Positions 12,001-26,310 of a stretch of 64,000 nucleotides of DNA are shown here, piece by piece; the first letter of the stretch is position 1; the number at the start of each line of letters is the position of its first letter. The stretch lies in assembly GCA_951406725.2 (NCBI GenBank), contig OX597834.1, positions 25,730,001 to 25,794,000 of the forward strand, written 5' to 3'. A program made the translations under genes and the position numbers. The notes under the pieces were generated by a model. That model searched no databases. It saw nothing but the letters and a program-made list of their open reading frames with translations, and was not told where the DNA came from. The DNA is from Octopus vulgaris (Eukaryota).

Positions 12001-12423
12001 TTGCACATACATATGCTGTAGAAGTTTCTTTATTGATAGTTGTTGCAAAGGGTTAGGTGTGTAAGTTATTTGGTACATGGATATGTGGTTTAATTACTCA
12101 TCTTGTAAGGTTATGAGATTTTCTATCCCATCACTTGTTTCTGGCTTATTACCTTGGGACAAAATAGTTTTATCCCCATTACCCCCTATTTGCTTTCCTC
12201 TTGCATCAAGCTGAATTTTGTAGATTTTAAAAAATTTTCTTTTTTGACTGGCTATATAAAATGGTAAAATAACCCGAAAGGGGATGGTCTGCAGACAAAG
12301 TTATAAAAATCTGCGATACCTTATCAGTGGTACCTCAATGACCTCAAAGAAAACTCCTAAAAGAAGTGAAAGAATATTGCAGTACAAGAAGTGGTTCTGA
12401 TAGGAAGTTTCTACAGTAAAGTT

Positions 12424-12460
12424 CTACTACAACTACTACTACTACTACTACTACTACTAT

Positions 12461-12517
<57 letters not shown>
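12424..12517. repeat. (CTA)n microsatellite
   Basis: About 30 near-perfect CTA units. Confidence 0.95.
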
Positions 12518-12906
12518 CATTTCTTGATTTTAAAGTTACAAATGAATCTACTGACATCAACAAGCTGTTTGTTTTAACTGATAAAGTGATCTTATTTTAA
12601 AGATCATGTTCCCGCCCCATTTGGGGTTTTTAAAGTTGTTTCCTAAAAAAAAAAAATATTCCTGTTTTTGTGTGTTATGAGTGCAAGATTTCCTTAATCT
12701 AACATAAGGGTGTCACCTCATTGGAATTTCTTTTCAACTGCATTTTTTTTCACAAACATTTACTTGAGTAGATCTTGGAGGGTGTGCGACCCCTTCTCAA
12801 GCAAAACCATAAAAAGTGGCTGTGTGGTAAGTAGCTTGCTTAGCAACCACATGGTTCTGGGTTCAGTCCCACTGCATAGTATCTTGGGCAAGTGTCTTCT
12901 ACTATA

Positions 12907-13132
12907 TATTTCTTTACTACCCACAAGGGGCTAAACATAGAGAGGACAGACAAACGGGTTGAGTCGATTACATCGACCCCAGTGCGTAACTGGTACTTAA
13001 TTTATCGACCCCGAAAGGATGAAAGGCAAAGTTGACCTCGGCGAAATTTGAACCCAGAAGGTAATGGCAGACGAAATACAGCTACGCATTTCGCCCGGCA
13101 CACTAACATTTCTGCCAGCTTGCCGCCCTATT
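12907..13132 (-). mobile_element. SINE family B inserted into a SINE A (12815-13195, +)
   Basis: 15-bp TSD GTGTCTTCTACTATA at 12892-12906 and 13133-13147, which is SINE A sequence. Confidence 0.88.
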
Positions 13133-13999
13133 GTGTCTTCTACTATAGCCTCAGGCCAACCAAAGCCTTGTGAGTGGATTTGGTAGACAAAATGGAAAAT
13201 GTGTTGCCCCAGAGGACGGTGAGGGAAACATGCTGGAACAACCACTTTTACTCACAGGTTTCACACTTGCAAATAGTCATCTCTGCTCCAATAGCAGTGA
13301 GCAAGGATGTAGTCTGGAGGCCACTGTCACAGGCTTCACCACAAATCTGTCAGAGAACGTCCATTACTTTGACAGTTTGCCCTTCTCTTCTTGATGCGCT
13401 GCAAAGCTGGGCTGGCAACCAGACACACCAGGTTGTCACTGGAGAACAAGTCGTAGCATGTAGCATCCCAGATGAGTGGCTTACTACTGTGGAATGGGAA
13501 AATTCTCATGCCATCTGGCCTTTTACCATCTCCTCTGAGAAGAGAGGCCTTCAGTGTCTAGGCCATGCTTTATGGTCTTGTTGAGGGCAGGATGGTATTG
13601 AAGGTAGCCACCACTATAATGGCATGACAATGGATGGAGGCTGAAAGAATCTACAGTGGATCCACAGCAGCATTTGTGAAGCTCACAAATACAGAGTCCA
13701 AACCTAGGAGGACAAATGGAAACATGTCAAGTGGTGCTGGTCAAATTGGTGCATTAGCCCATTTGAGATCATGCTGCACTGGATGGTGTCACATTGAATG
13801 GAATTATAATCTTAAAAAATCTTGAATATTTTTTAATGTATGAAATTAAATGTTTTATTTTGTTGCATCTTGGGAGGGTCACTATGCCAATAATAAACAC
13901 AGACATTGGTTCTATTTCAGTTCTTTATCATTTGCTGATTCATTAACTATTTAACCAACAAACTAATCGATTTTTTTCTTTTGATCTTTCCATTTTTCT

Positions 14000-14400
14000 T
14001 TTCACTTGTTTCAGTCATTAGACTGCAGCCACGCTGGGGCACAACCTTCAAGAAATTTTTAGTCAAATAAATTGACCCCGGTATTTAATAAGCCTGGTAC
14101 AACCACTAAGTTGCAGGGATGTAAACACATCCACACTGGTTGTCAAGTAATGGAGGAGGAGAAACTCCAACACAGACATATACATGTATGTATATGTGTA
14201 TATATATGTATAATATACAATGGGCTTCTTTCAGTTTCCATCTACCAAATCCACCCACAGGGCTTTGGTTGTTAGTTCACGGCTATTGTAGAAGACACTT
14301 GCCCTAGGTGCCACACCCATGTGGTTGGGAATGGACAGACCCATGTGGGCAGACCCATGTGGTTGAGAATCAAGTTACTTTCCACACAGCTACGCCTGCA
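14000..14400 (-). mobile_element. SINE family A, older copy
   Basis: Reverse-complement tail, microsatellite and head. Confidence 0.75.
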
Positions 14401-14966
14401 TTTTATTGATTTTTCAGTTAATCAATCAATCAATCAGTTATGTTTCTCAAAGTTCTTTTATTGCCATCCATGACCTCTTCAGTGACATGCCCTCTCTTCT
14501 GCAGGTCAGCTTTGCAAACCAAATACAAAAACAAAAAAACAATGTATTTAATTTTTCTATTAAAATTTCATTCCAAAACAAAAAAAAAGAAAAAGAAAAT
14601 GAATCACCTCTTAGAATTCTATTAAATATGAAACTCAAACTGGAGTTAAATGTTAACTACTATGAAAGGTCACCCTATGTATTTATTGGCATGGAAAAAT
14701 CTTTTGATAATGATCAATTAGAATAATTAATTAGATAAACTGTTTCAATTCTGACTGAAGGCAGTTCATTGAACCAAGTCATGTGATTCGGAATTTTTTA
14801 AATTTATTTATTTATTTATTTTGTGTTTGTTGTCATTTATCAGACTTGTTTACTATTTCGCTGTGTATTTTTTAAGGATGAACACTTGTTGGGAACGGTC
14901 CTCCTTCTCAAGACAACAGATGTTTCCTTTTTAACAGAATGCCAACCTTTGTTTGTGACAGCTTTT

Positions 14967-15029
14967 GTGTGTGTGTGTGTGTGTGTGTGCGTGTGTTTGC
15001 ATGCGCGCACGCGAATTGATTGATATGAA

Positions 15030-15069
<40 letters not shown>

Positions 15070-15330
15070 TGTGTGTGTGTATATTATATCTGTGCATAGA
15101 CGTGTGTATGGACATGTATGTATATATTATATATATATATGCTTACATATATGGGCATATACTTGTGTATGTCTATGTATGTGTGTGTGTATTTATACGC
15201 AGTTAAGTATACATAGACATATACATATATGTCTATGTATGCATGCATATATATATAAGCATATGTATATATATATATATATATGCATATTTATATATAT
15301 GAATATATATATGCATATATATATATATGC

Positions 15331-15362
<32 letters not shown>

Positions 15363-15461
15363 ATATATGCATATTTATATATATGAATATATATATGTAT
15401 ATATATATATAGATGCATACATACAAAGACATATGTGAATGTATATTTCACACACACACAC
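14967..15461. repeat. Compound (TG)n/(TA)n/(CA)n microsatellite field
   Basis: Directly visible; source of spurious YIYI ORFs. Confidence 0.9.
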
Positions 15462-16193
15462 CCAAAAAATGCTTTCTTATCAAATATGTCACACACATTT
15501 TTTTTTCAAATCTCTTATCTTCATAGAAAATGCTTCAGAACTGTATTTGTATGGTTCTGTATCTTTTCCAGGTTCCAACAATTCTACTGTATCCATTGTG
15601 GGGCACCACTTTCGAAAGGGTTCCAGTCAATCTTATCAACTCCAATACAGATTTCAATCTGGTTCATATTCTATCGAAACCTATTTGCCCAGCCACTAAG
15701 TTGCAAGACACAAATGCACAACATCGACTTTTTTTTAAAATACATTTTTAGACTAGCGTAAACATAAATACAGACATGGAAATGTATGCACACATATCGC
15801 AGGCTTCTGCATAGTTTCCATTTACGAAATTCTGCTCAACCTCAGGTTAGAATAAAAGACACTTATCCAAGTTGCCATGCAATCAGATTGAACCATGAAT
15901 TATGTTGTTGCCAAGCAAACTTCTTAGCCATATGACTATTCCTGTACTTATCATCATCATCATCATCATCAGCTGTCCATTTTCCATACTAGCATGAGTT
16001 GGCTAGCTTGACCGGGTCTGATGAATTATAGGACTGTTAAGATCCAATGTCTGCTTTGCCAAGTTTTCTATGATTGGATGCCCTTCCTAATACCAATCAC
16101 TCATTTTACAGAGTGTACTGGGTGTTTGTTTTTCATGGCACCAGCCCTAGTGTGATTATCAAGTAACTTGCAAGATAAGACCCTTTGACTTAA

Positions 16194-16414
16194 CCCTTTC
16201 GTTACTGTATTTATTTTGAGATGCTCTGTGTTTCTTTCAATTATTTTAAATATAACAAAGAATTCAGTAAAATAACTTGGTTATCGTTAAGCTAGTGTTA
16301 GGAACATAAATTGTGACTAAGGTTTGGTGGAAGATTTTAATTCAAAGCTCATGAAAACAAGACATTTGTACTACAGAGCCAGAGCCGGTTTTGGCCGGGT
16401 TGGTAACGAAAGGG
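16194..16414. mobile_element. piggyBac-type MITE family 2
   Basis: TTAA on both sides; perfect 12-bp TIR CCCTTTCGTTAC / GTAACGAAAGGG; 221 bp; inserted in an RTE-tail-like repeat. Confidence 0.9.
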
Positions 16415-16686
16415 TTAATGGGGGTGCAGCTTTGATGGAAGTGGCTTTGTGCTGAGAATAGAGAGGCTAAAATATGATAGAACAGGTGTCTTGCAGTTGA
16501 GGAGAGAGGAGATGGTAGAGATGAGGTGGCCACACAGCCACAAGCTTTTTGTTTTCCTATGGTCTATCATGACTCGAAAAGCACACCATTAATGCAGATC
16601 TGAAGAAACAAGCTCAAAAGCAGTTTTTGTCTCTTTTCTGAGTAAGTTTGGCATAATGGTGAACATCACAGTCTACAATTCATGGA

Positions 16687-17031
16687 ACTCTTTACTTGTT
16701 TCTGTCATTTGACTGTGGCCATGCTGGAGCACCGCCCTTAGTCAAGCAAATCGACCCCAGGACTTATTATTTGTAAGCCTAGTACTTATTCTATTGGTCT
16801 CTTTTGCCAAACCGCTAAGTTATAGGGATGTAAACACACCAGCATCAGTTGTCAAGTGATGTTAGGGGACAAACACACACACACACATATACACATACAT
16901 ATATACGACGGGCTTCTTTCAATTTCTGTCTACCTACCAAATCCACTCACAAGGCTTTGGTTGGCCCGAGGCTATAGTAGAAGACACTTGCCCAAGGCGC
17001 CATGCAGTGGGACTGAACCCGGAACCATGTG
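16687..17031 (-). mobile_element. SINE family A, head partly missing
   Basis: Reverse-complement match to family A. Confidence 0.82.
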
Positions 17032-17127
17032 ATAAATATAAAACATAACTTATTGTTTTTAAAATGATAAATATTGTTTTCTATAAAGTGAATTTTATAT
17101 TAAATTTTATTGAAACACCCACTAAAC

Positions 17128-17447
17128 TAAGGGTTCTCAACCATTTTCTATCTATGGACCCCTTTGAATTCTACTTTACTCTGGACCCCATAACCATCCA
17201 AAGGCCAGTTTTATAAAAACTTCTTTAAAAATTCTTATTTTGTTTTTCACACATTTTGTGTAGGTTGAACTATGTAAAATGTTAGAGAAAGAAACCCAGC
17301 TGTTTCTTGCAATATATACCAATACATACATCTAAAGCTCTTTTTTCAGGGGTCCTTAAAATACTATTGAGAATCACCAATTTACTGTTTCGTTGCATGG
17401 ACCTTTTATAGATCCTCAGGGGCCATATGGACCCCGGTTGAAAACTG
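17128..17447. mobile_element. hAT/Charlie-type MITE
   Basis: Ends GGTTCTCAACC / GGTTGAAAACTG; imperfect 8-bp TSD CACTAAAC / CCCTAAAC; ATGGACC subterminal motifs. Confidence 0.7.
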
Positions 17448-17961
17448 CCCTAAACTGTCAGAACTTTAGACTCGTTGGTGGGACCCACAAACCAGGTGAC
17501 GGTAGCAGCAGCAATAGCAGTGACGGTGATGAACTGAGCAATGGATTAAGTCTACCCTAGCTTCTGAATAATATTGATTTGTTTAATAATAATATTTTTT
17601 CTCTGTCAGTTGTCTGGGTCAGGATGATAGCAAACGGTAAAACTGGTTGTTGTTTGAGATTCAAATTATTAAGGTATATATTGCCAACTAATTATAAGAA
17701 GAAACGTTGGAATGTTGATATGGGGGGGTGGGGGTGGAATCACCACCACCTCAGCATCATCATTATCATAATTATCATTCTCATCATTCTAATTATCAAC
17801 ATCATTGTCAGTCATCATTGTCATCATCATCATCATCATCATCATCATTATCATAACATTCCTTTACCCACAGTATCTTAAACTGTTGCTGGTGTTTAGC
17901 CCCAGGTATTCTCTGATCAAACGGCCTGTAATCATCCCACCTTTTATTTTATTCAAGTATA

Positions 17962-18234
17962 TTCTTTTATTCTTTTACTTGTTTCAGTCATTTGACTGCG
18001 GCCATGCTGGAGCACCGCCTTTAATCGAGCAACTCGACCCCGGGACTTATTCTTTTGTAAGCCCAGTATTTATTCTATCGGTCTCTTTTGCCGAACCGCT
18101 AAGTAACTGGGACATAAACACACCAGCATCGGTTGTCAAGCAATGCTAGGGACAAACACAGACACACAAACACACACACACATAGTATATATATATATAT
18201 ATACATACATATATACGATACACACACACATATG

Positions 18235-18279
<45 letters not shown>

Positions 18280-18438
18280 CGACAGGCTTCTTTTCAGTTT
18301 CCGTCTACTAAATCCACTCACAAGGCTTTGGTCGGCCCGAGGCTATAGTAGAAGACACTTGCCCAAGGTGCCACGCAGTGGGATTGAACCCGGAACCATG
18401 TGGTTGGTAAACAAGCTACTTACCACACAGCCACTCCT
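17962..18438 (-). mobile_element. SINE family A, full-length with expanded internal microsatellite
   Basis: Reverse-complement match to family A. Confidence 0.88.
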
Positions 18439-20343
18439 ACCATATTTACCACCATATTCAGCCTGTCTTTTCTTTTTTATTTTTCGACATGATAGTATGT
18501 GGTTTGAGAAGGGGTAGAGAGGGACTTCAGCTGCTATTTTTAGCAAGTCAAATGACTACATAGAGGCTTCTTCATCGGCTCACACCGATACAAGTTGAAT
18601 ATTGAGTCTACTGTACAAACACATTGCTACACAGCTTGGTCTTTCACCATTTAACGTTTCTCTTCAAACTCAGTGGACCAGCATCTGAATATCTGTGAGA
18701 AAGATAAGGGTAGGGATGGAATTCCAGAAGGATGATGTTCTGAAGAGGAAAGACTGGGTGTATTGCACCCTGTGGGGTTGGTCATAACAAGGGTGATGAG
18801 AGAAAAGGAGACAAGAGGGTCAGAGATACCTGAGTAGTTTGAATCTAGTTATTTCTGTGGAGCAGAGGCCATTATAGCAGAGAGAGAGAGAGAGAGAGAG
18901 AACACAACATGCCTAAGGTCCAGAGGCTGAAGTCTGTGTGCCAAAGGCTGTGAGTAATTTTATGCCGATCAGTCAAGTGACTCTTTTCTGGATGCAGTCT
19001 ATGGGGTGTGTGGGTAGACATCTGTATTGCATGTATCAACTAATACCCTAATTTCTTCCTGCCCTCCAACCCTTATTTGTAGCAAAATGTTTTACCTGTA
19101 AAGTTTCAATTAACTTTTTAAAATAATCATTAATTCCAGTGTATTCTTCTTTATTTCTAAATGTCAAAATGTGATTTTAGGGTAATTTAGCTGGTATTTC
19201 TAGCAAGTTGATTGAGCATTTAAAGACTCTGTTGTTTGGCCAACAGAGATAAACAGTTTCTCGTCTTTCTTCTCCACCTGCTCGTTACTCTAGCAATTAG
19301 ACTTTTGATACCGTAATTGCTACTACTAATTAGTGCACCTAATTAACAGAATCTACCAACTATGTCCAGTGAGCTGTCTGACCAGTCTAATGGACTTCGT
19401 TTCTTACAGTTACCTTCTCTGCTGTCAACTCCTCCTCTACGTCTTGTATAAATCAAGTCTTGCTTTTTTTTTAAAATTTTTTTTTTTTTTTGTCAGGTAA
19501 AAAATAAAAGATAGAAAATAGTTGGGTGGGAGATGATCTGTTGCATTTTGTTATTGAACTGTCGTTATTGGTTTCTAATTTTGGCACAAAGGCAACAAGT
19601 TCAGGGAGTGGGTAAAGTCAATTACATGACCCCAGTGCTTTGCTTAACTGGTACTTATTTTATCCCCTCTGTGTTTAGCCCCTTGTGGGTAATAAATAAA
19701 TAGGTACTTATTTTATCAATCCCGAAAGAATGAAACGCAAAAATCAACCTCAGTGGAATTTGAACTCAGAACATAAAGATGGACAAAATGCTGCCAAGCA
19801 TTTTGCCCAGCATGCTAATGAGAAAAAAATTATCTCTTAACAGGGAAATGCAAGGGGAATGGTTAAGATGAAACTTCTTTGTAGGGTCTGATGGATTTAG
19901 TACTACTAAATCCTTTTCTTTCTCTTTCGTAAAACTGAATTTCTCAAGAGATTAAACAAATCATAAAACTGTTACTGAAAGGGTCACTCTTCAGCATTCT
20001 GATTTCTTTGTCGAATGTATTGCTTATTTATTCTCATTGTTTTGAATTAATCATGCATTGTTTTGTAGTTTTCAATGGATGCTTTTGTATATTTTTAGAA
20101 TGACATTATAGGGTAGGTGTGAGAGTTGTCCTGGTGCCTACGTATCAACATCATTTTGTATGCCCCTATGTACTGAATGTTTTGATGTCACTGTTGAATC
20201 TATGGCTAGATCTATCACACTCAGCTTTTTATCACTTCACAAATTATGGCAGAATTGTTAGAATGATGGATAAAATAACTTATAGCATTTATTCCAACTC
20301 CCTATATCCTGAGTTCAAATACCATGTAGATTAGCATTGTCTT

Positions 20344-20712
20344 GAGAGGCGGTTGGATGGAACCTACACTCGCCTCCTTATGAGAGCTCAAAATCTCTCG
20401 TGGAAGCACCATCCAACCAAAATGCAAAATATATGGGAAACTACCACCTGTGTCATCTCTTGTGAAAGGTAGGAGAGTCCAGTTTGCTGGACATTGTTGT
20501 AGAGCTGAAAAAGAAGGTCATTTCTACTCTTCTCTTCGGAAGCCATCTACTCACAATACCAGAGGGCGCACACTCTCCTACCCTGATGTAATCTCCAGGG
20601 ATACAGGCATCCAGCAACAGGGCCTCCGTAATGCCATGATGGACCGCGAAGTCTGGCGTAGCATGGTAAATTCCATTGTCTCGACCACGGTCGAACAATG
20701 ATGATGATGATG
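20344..20712 (+). mobile_element. 5'-truncated RTE-type LINE with (TGA)n tail and TSD
   Basis: TSD AGCATTGTCTT at 20333-20343 and 20713-20723. Frameshifted ERRLDGTYTRLLMRAQNLSWKHHPTK...RRVQFAGHCCR...MMDREVWR. Inserted in an old SINE B. Confidence 0.88.
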
Positions 20713-21263
20713 AGCATTGTCTTTCCTCCTTTCAAAGACAACAAATGAAACACCAGTCTAGGACAGTGGTTTGACAATTTCTGTTGGGGAACATACCAAA
20801 CTGTATCTGTTTCAACTCTTTGCATTTCAAGTTCAAATTTTACCTCTTTTGATTAGTCTCCTCAGGACAGGAAATGGTGGGTGGGGGGTCCTTCAAGACA
20901 TAGCTAATACTGATAAGCCTCCAATATCAGCTGCAGTGATGCATAAATTGGAGCACCATCTCGCTTGCATCAATATGCATGAATGCAACCGGCAGACACT
21001 GTACTAAAAGCAAGATAAATGCTAGGACCAAAAACACCAGACATAAAGCTGTTTTACTTAACACATGCGAGAGGTTGTCTCATGAGAACCTGACAGGATG
21101 ACATAGATAACAGCTTTGGAAGTCTGCAGCATGCTAATGATATTCAGCAGAATAGATAGAACTCCTATGTAGATGCTGAACCTATTAGAAATAGCAGCAG
21201 CTGAATCTACCTCAAACCACACCCTTTTGTCATTGTCATCTATAATTTCTTCAAAATGTTAAT

Positions 21264-21668
21264 CATCATCATCATCATCATTTAACATCCGCTTTCCATG
21301 CTAGCATGGGCTGGACGATTTTGACTGAGGGCTGGCGAACCAGATGGCTGCACCAGGCTTCAATCTCCAATCTACAGCTGGATGCCCTTCCTAATGCCAA
21401 CCACTCCGAGAGTGTAGTGCATGCTTTTTACGTGCCACCGGCATGGGGCCAGTCAGGTGGTACTGGTGACGACCTTGCTCGAATTTTTTTACACATGCCA
21501 CCGGCACAGGTGCCAGTAAGGCAACGCTGGTAATGATCACACTCGAATGGTGCCTTTTACGTACCGCCAACACGGAAGCTAGTTAGCCGCTCTGGCAACA
21601 ATCATGCTCAGATGATGCTCTTGGCACCTTACTAGCATGGGCACAAGTTCCAATAAGGTGACGCTGGT
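21264..21668 (-). mobile_element. RTE LINE 3' UTR with internal short tandem units
   Basis: (CAT)n followed by TTTAACATCCGCTTTCCATGCTAGCATGGG; homologous to 29455-29777. Confidence 0.72.
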
Positions 21669-22298
21669 ATCAAAGAGAAATCTTTAGTGAAATATATTCA
21701 ATGAGAATCGTAAGATGCTTTAAAACTTTTAAACTGTCATATACATTATATATTTATACTTATACTTATTTACATATATTTTTATACATATTTATATTTT
21801 TAATACAATAATTATTTTACACACGTAAATATCTTTCTGAAGAATTTTCTAATATTGATTTCCTGATATTAATAATAATATATTATAAAATATATTCTAT
21901 CAAAGATGGATTTTACAATTCATTAATTGGGGACAAATGATGTCATGTCATTCAGATTTTATAATAAATAGGGAACACATCTTTTACAGAGCAGTACACG
22001 TGTGTAGTGGATCTGAAGGGTTTCAGCTCTGTGTTTGTACACATCTGTCATTCTCTAGTCTGAAAATAGAGATGACCACTTTGCCAAAATGAATTTCTGT
22101 TGATGAGGGAAGCAACAAAATATTTGGCCTTTTGAGTTCAGAAAAGCACCAGAATTGAGTGAATTTTTTTAGAACGATTCTTCTTTCAACTAGCAAAGCT
22201 TGTAACACCTACTACCATTCAGATATGGTCTGGGCCATTCTGGCAGTTTCTAATTGATTTTTTATGATGTTCCTTCTTTTAGCCACAACCAAGCAAAC

Positions 22299-22302
<4 letters not shown>

Positions 22303-22395
<93 letters not shown>

Positions 22396-22414
22396 ACTCA
22401 CTCACTCACTCACT
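22303..22414. repeat. Compound (CA)n(CT)n(CACT)n microsatellite
   Basis: Directly visible. Confidence 0.95.
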
Positions 22415-22709
22415 CAAGTTACCATTAGAATAAGTACTAGGCAACAAAAACAAAGTCCTAGGGTTGATTTGTTCGATTAAAAAATCCCATCTAAGTGGTG
22501 CCCCAGTATGGCCTGAGTCAACTGACTGCAACAAGCAAAAGAAAAAAAGAACAACATTTTTTTGTTTTATTCTATGTTCTATGCATGTAGTTGTGGCTGT
22601 CATGGCTGGCCTTCTTTACTTGTTGCCACTTACTCTCCTCTCTTTTATCTTTTTTCTGATGAGAAGTTGTTCACCTGAGCACCGTAGACAATAGACTTAT
22701 TCTTAAACA

Positions 22710-24568
22710 AGGCAGCAACCTAGAGCCATTAGAGAGTCAGGCAAAAAATGCTTGGCAGTATTTGTTTCAGTTCTTCGTGTTCTGAGTTAAAATTCTGCTG
22801 AGGTTAACTTTGTCTTTCATCTTTCCAGGGTTGATAAAATATGTACCAGTCAAGTAAAGAATTTAATGTAGTTCACTTGCTCCCTCCCCTAACATAGCTG
22901 GCCTGTGCCAAAATTTTAAACCATTATTATTATTATTTTATGTTTGACTTTTGCTTTACATTTGTACAAATTGGCTCCAAGTCTCACCCGGAGACCTCAA
23001 GAGACAACAAGTAGGAAGTTCATGTTGGTGTTATGCCTAGGGTGCCATATATTTGGTTTTGTATATAGTGTTGTTCTAGAGAATGTTTAAGAAACCATAA
23101 GAAAATTGTTTGTTTTAAAACTTGAGATTACATAGAAAGTATTTTGCGTAGGATATGAGCAGTTCCCATGAGCACTATCTTTTGAATTTCTGCCATTTTG
23201 GGGTTTCCTGGTATCTGAGCTAGGTATCAATCAGCCCCTTTTGCTATCATTCCCAGGTCACCTATGACAACAGGTAGGTAGGAAACTGGTGGAATCATTA
23301 GCATGCTGGACGAAATGCTTAGCGGTATTTCGCCCATCACTACATTCTGAGTTCAAATTCTGCTGAGATTGACTCCGCCTTTTATCCTTTTGGGGGCGAG
23401 GAAATAAGTACCAGTGAAACACTGGGGTAAATGTAATCAACTAGACCCCCTCCCCACAAATTTCAGGCCTTGTGCCTTTAGTTGAAAGGATTATTATTAA
23501 GGTGGGAAGCTGGCAGGATTGTTAGAGCACTGCTTAGCGATATTACACCTGTCGCTACGTTCTAAGTTCAAATTCTGCCGAGGTTGACTTTGCCTTTCAT
23601 CCTTTCAGTGTAGATAAAATAAGTACCAGTTGGACACTGGTGTCGATGTAACTAACTCATCCCCTCCCCCAAAACTGCTGCCCTTGTGGCAAAATTTGAA
23701 ACCTTTATTATTATCATCATTATTTATTATTGGTGAGGTTGCAAAATCACTGAGAAAAATGCTTAGCAACATTCTGAATCTAAATTCTGTTGAGGTTGCA
23801 TTTTTTGGCTTTCATCATTTCAGGTTCAATAAATTAAGTTCCAGTTAAGTACTAGAGTTGGTGTGATTGACTGTCCCCCTCCCCTCAAATTCCAGGCTTT
23901 GCGCCTATAGTAGAAAAGATCATTATTATTTTCTAAGGTGGCGAGATGGCAGAATCATTAAGCACAATGTTTGGCGGCATTTCGTTCATCTTCACATTCT
24001 GAGTTCAAATGCCACCAGGGTCAACTTTGCCTTTCATCTTTGCAGGGTTGATAAAAAAACCCACTAGTAGTGCACTGGGGGTCAATGTAATCAATTTATC
24101 CCTTCACCCAAAATTGCTGGCCTTATGCCAAAATTTATTATTATTATTATTAATAATAATAATAATAATGATCCTTTCTACTAAAGCCACAAGGCCTGAA
24201 ATTTGGGGCAAGGGACTAGTTGATAACATCGATTCTAGTGTTTCACTGGTACTTAATTTTATCAACCCCAAAAGGATGAAAGACAAAGTTGACCTCATTG
24301 GAATTTGAACTCAGAATGTGAGGACTGATGAAATACCTATTTCTTTACTACCCACAAGGGGCTAAACACAGAGAGGACAAACAAGGACAAACAAATGGAT
24401 TAAGTCGATTATATCGACCCCAGTGCGTAACTGGTACTTAATTTATCGACCCCGAAAGGATGAAAAGCAAAGTCGACTTCAGCAGAATTTGAACTCAGAA
24501 CGTAACCGCAGACGAAATACCGCTAAGCATTTCGCCCGGCATGCTAACGTTTCTGCCAGCTCACCACC

Positions 24569-24606
<38 letters not shown>

Positions 24607-25250
24607 CCTGGTCCACCTGGGCAGCAAATAAAGAAATAATTAAATCTGGTCATTTTCATTTTTTGGAAAATGGTCTCTTCCTCCTGCCGTTTATTTTCCC
24701 TTTTTATGGTTGATTTAAAATAATTTCTTTTTTTTCAAATATTATTTTGCTATATTTATCATCAGCCATACCCAGGAAACTTTGTTTTCTTTTACATTCT
24801 ATTTTCATTGCCAATCTTATCAGACTTCCCACAGGAATCTCTTCACAACTTGCGTCATCACATTAGCATTACATCTATCGACATTTATGATATTGTTCCA
24901 TTATCAAAGACTCAACAGGTTTGCTTCTTAGTGTCAAAATGTCTACCATGAAGTATTATTAATACAGTTATAATTTTTCCAGACAGTTAAGCTCATGTTT
25001 AGAGACAAAATTTCTTTCTCGATATTTGGCAGAAGACAAGATGGTGAGTTAGCAAAATTGTTAGCATGCCGACCAAAATGCTTAGTGGCATTTCATCCAT
25101 CTTTATTTTACATTCTGAGTTCAACTTTGATTTTCATTCTTTCAAGGTTGTTGATAAAATAAGTACCAGTCGAGCACTGGGGTCAGTGTAATTGACTGAG
25201 CCCCTCCCCTGAAATTGCTGGCCTTGTGCAAAAATTTGAAACCAATATAT
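22710..25250. mobile_element. Cluster of SINE family B copies (head-to-tail + copies at about 23275, 23500, 23730 and 23937; minus copies 24170-24570; further copies at 22710 and 25040)
   Basis: Repeated GAGTTCAAATTC...ATAAGTACCAG cores separated by (ATT)n tails. Confidence 0.8.
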
Positions 25251-25459
25251 TGGTAGAAGAATCGTTACGGACAAAATTAAAAGCTCTGTAGTATTCAGTT
25301 ACGGTTATCTGCATTCTCTGAGATTTGTCTTGAAGGTTTTTTTTTTCTTTGGTACCAGTGCTAGTGTGGTAACACTAGCTTGCAAGACCAATGAGACCCC
25401 TGAACCCTGAGTGAGATTAGGAGATAGCGATAGCTTTATGTGAAATGCTGAGAGATTAA

Positions 25460-25680
25460 CCCTTTAACATTTAAACCGGCCATGTCCGGCCAAAAGTATT
25501 CTGCCTGTTTTAGGTTCAAACTGGCCAGATCTGGTCTCTCACACCAACCCTACAATATCGTTTTAAAAATTAACAGTTACCTCATCAAAATCTCATAGCT
25601 GCAAGATAATGCATGATTAGTTCAAAACAATATGGATAAAAAAGGATTAATTTTGGCAGAATAATGTGAACACTAAAGGG
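25460..25680. mobile_element. piggyBac-type MITE family 1
   Basis: TTAA on both sides, CCCTTT...AAAGGG termini, 221 bp, close to the 52285 copy. Confidence 0.9.
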
Positions 25681-26019
25681 TTAAAGCATGATGGAAGGAA
25701 TAGGGGCCAAGTTTGGTGTGGCGTAGGAAGCGTGGCCAATGAAAGATATGAGTCGGGATGGATGATATTAAGGACGAAGGAGGATGGATGTGAAAAGGAA
25801 GTGGCTCAAGAGAAAAGGGAAGATAAATGGTCACGTGGAAGGGATTGATGATATGTGTAGGTATGAAGAATAATGCTGTAGATAGAAAAAGTGATGGAAT
25901 GATGAGTGATAGGTAAATGACAGAGTGAAGGAGTTGCAGGTGAAAACTTGACTGTGACATTGAACGAGGGGTCCAATTGTGCTTTAAGAACCTCAGTTTC
26001 ACATGCTAGCAGAAGGGGA

Positions 26020-26310
26020 AGGGCATATCTTCACAAGTACTGCATATCAATTCAGTCTTTTATCACCTCCTCTTCGAGGCTGAACATCCACAGATCAATC
26101 CTCACCACTTTGTCCCATGTTTCCTTGGGTCTCCCTCTGCCACATGCTCCATCCACTGTAAACAGTTGGCACTTGTTCATAGAGCTGCCCTCATCCATAT
26201 GCATCACATATCCATTCCAATGCAATCTTCTCCCCTGCACACTACCAGTTTTTCTCTCAACACATTTGTATTCTGTTTTTTTATACATACTGACATTACA
26301 CATTTAGCAG
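26020..26310 (-). mobile_element. RTE-clade LINE ORF C-terminal fragment
   Basis: RRLHWNGYVMHMDE...GRGRPKETWDKVVRIDL fits the RLxWxGHVxRM...GRPxxxW motif of RTE ORFs. Confidence 0.75.

Noticed and set aside
12391-12600. Poly-Leu ORF, and likewise the poly-Val ORF at 60017-60370
   Set aside because: Trinucleotide microsatellite translations.
13174-13584. 136-aa ORF, and the 131-aa ORF at 46252-46647
   Set aside because: No recognisable domain or splice signals; the first begins within SINE sequence. Probably decayed repeat.
14747-14797. Possible fourth hammerhead (AATTCTGA / TCGGAATT stem around CTGAAGG)
   Set aside because: The core lacks both CUGANGA and GAAA; too degenerate to support.
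19361-19450. Short ATG-initiated ORF considered as the first exon of the PET-LIM gene
   Set aside because: In-frame stop before any good donor site, and no homology support.
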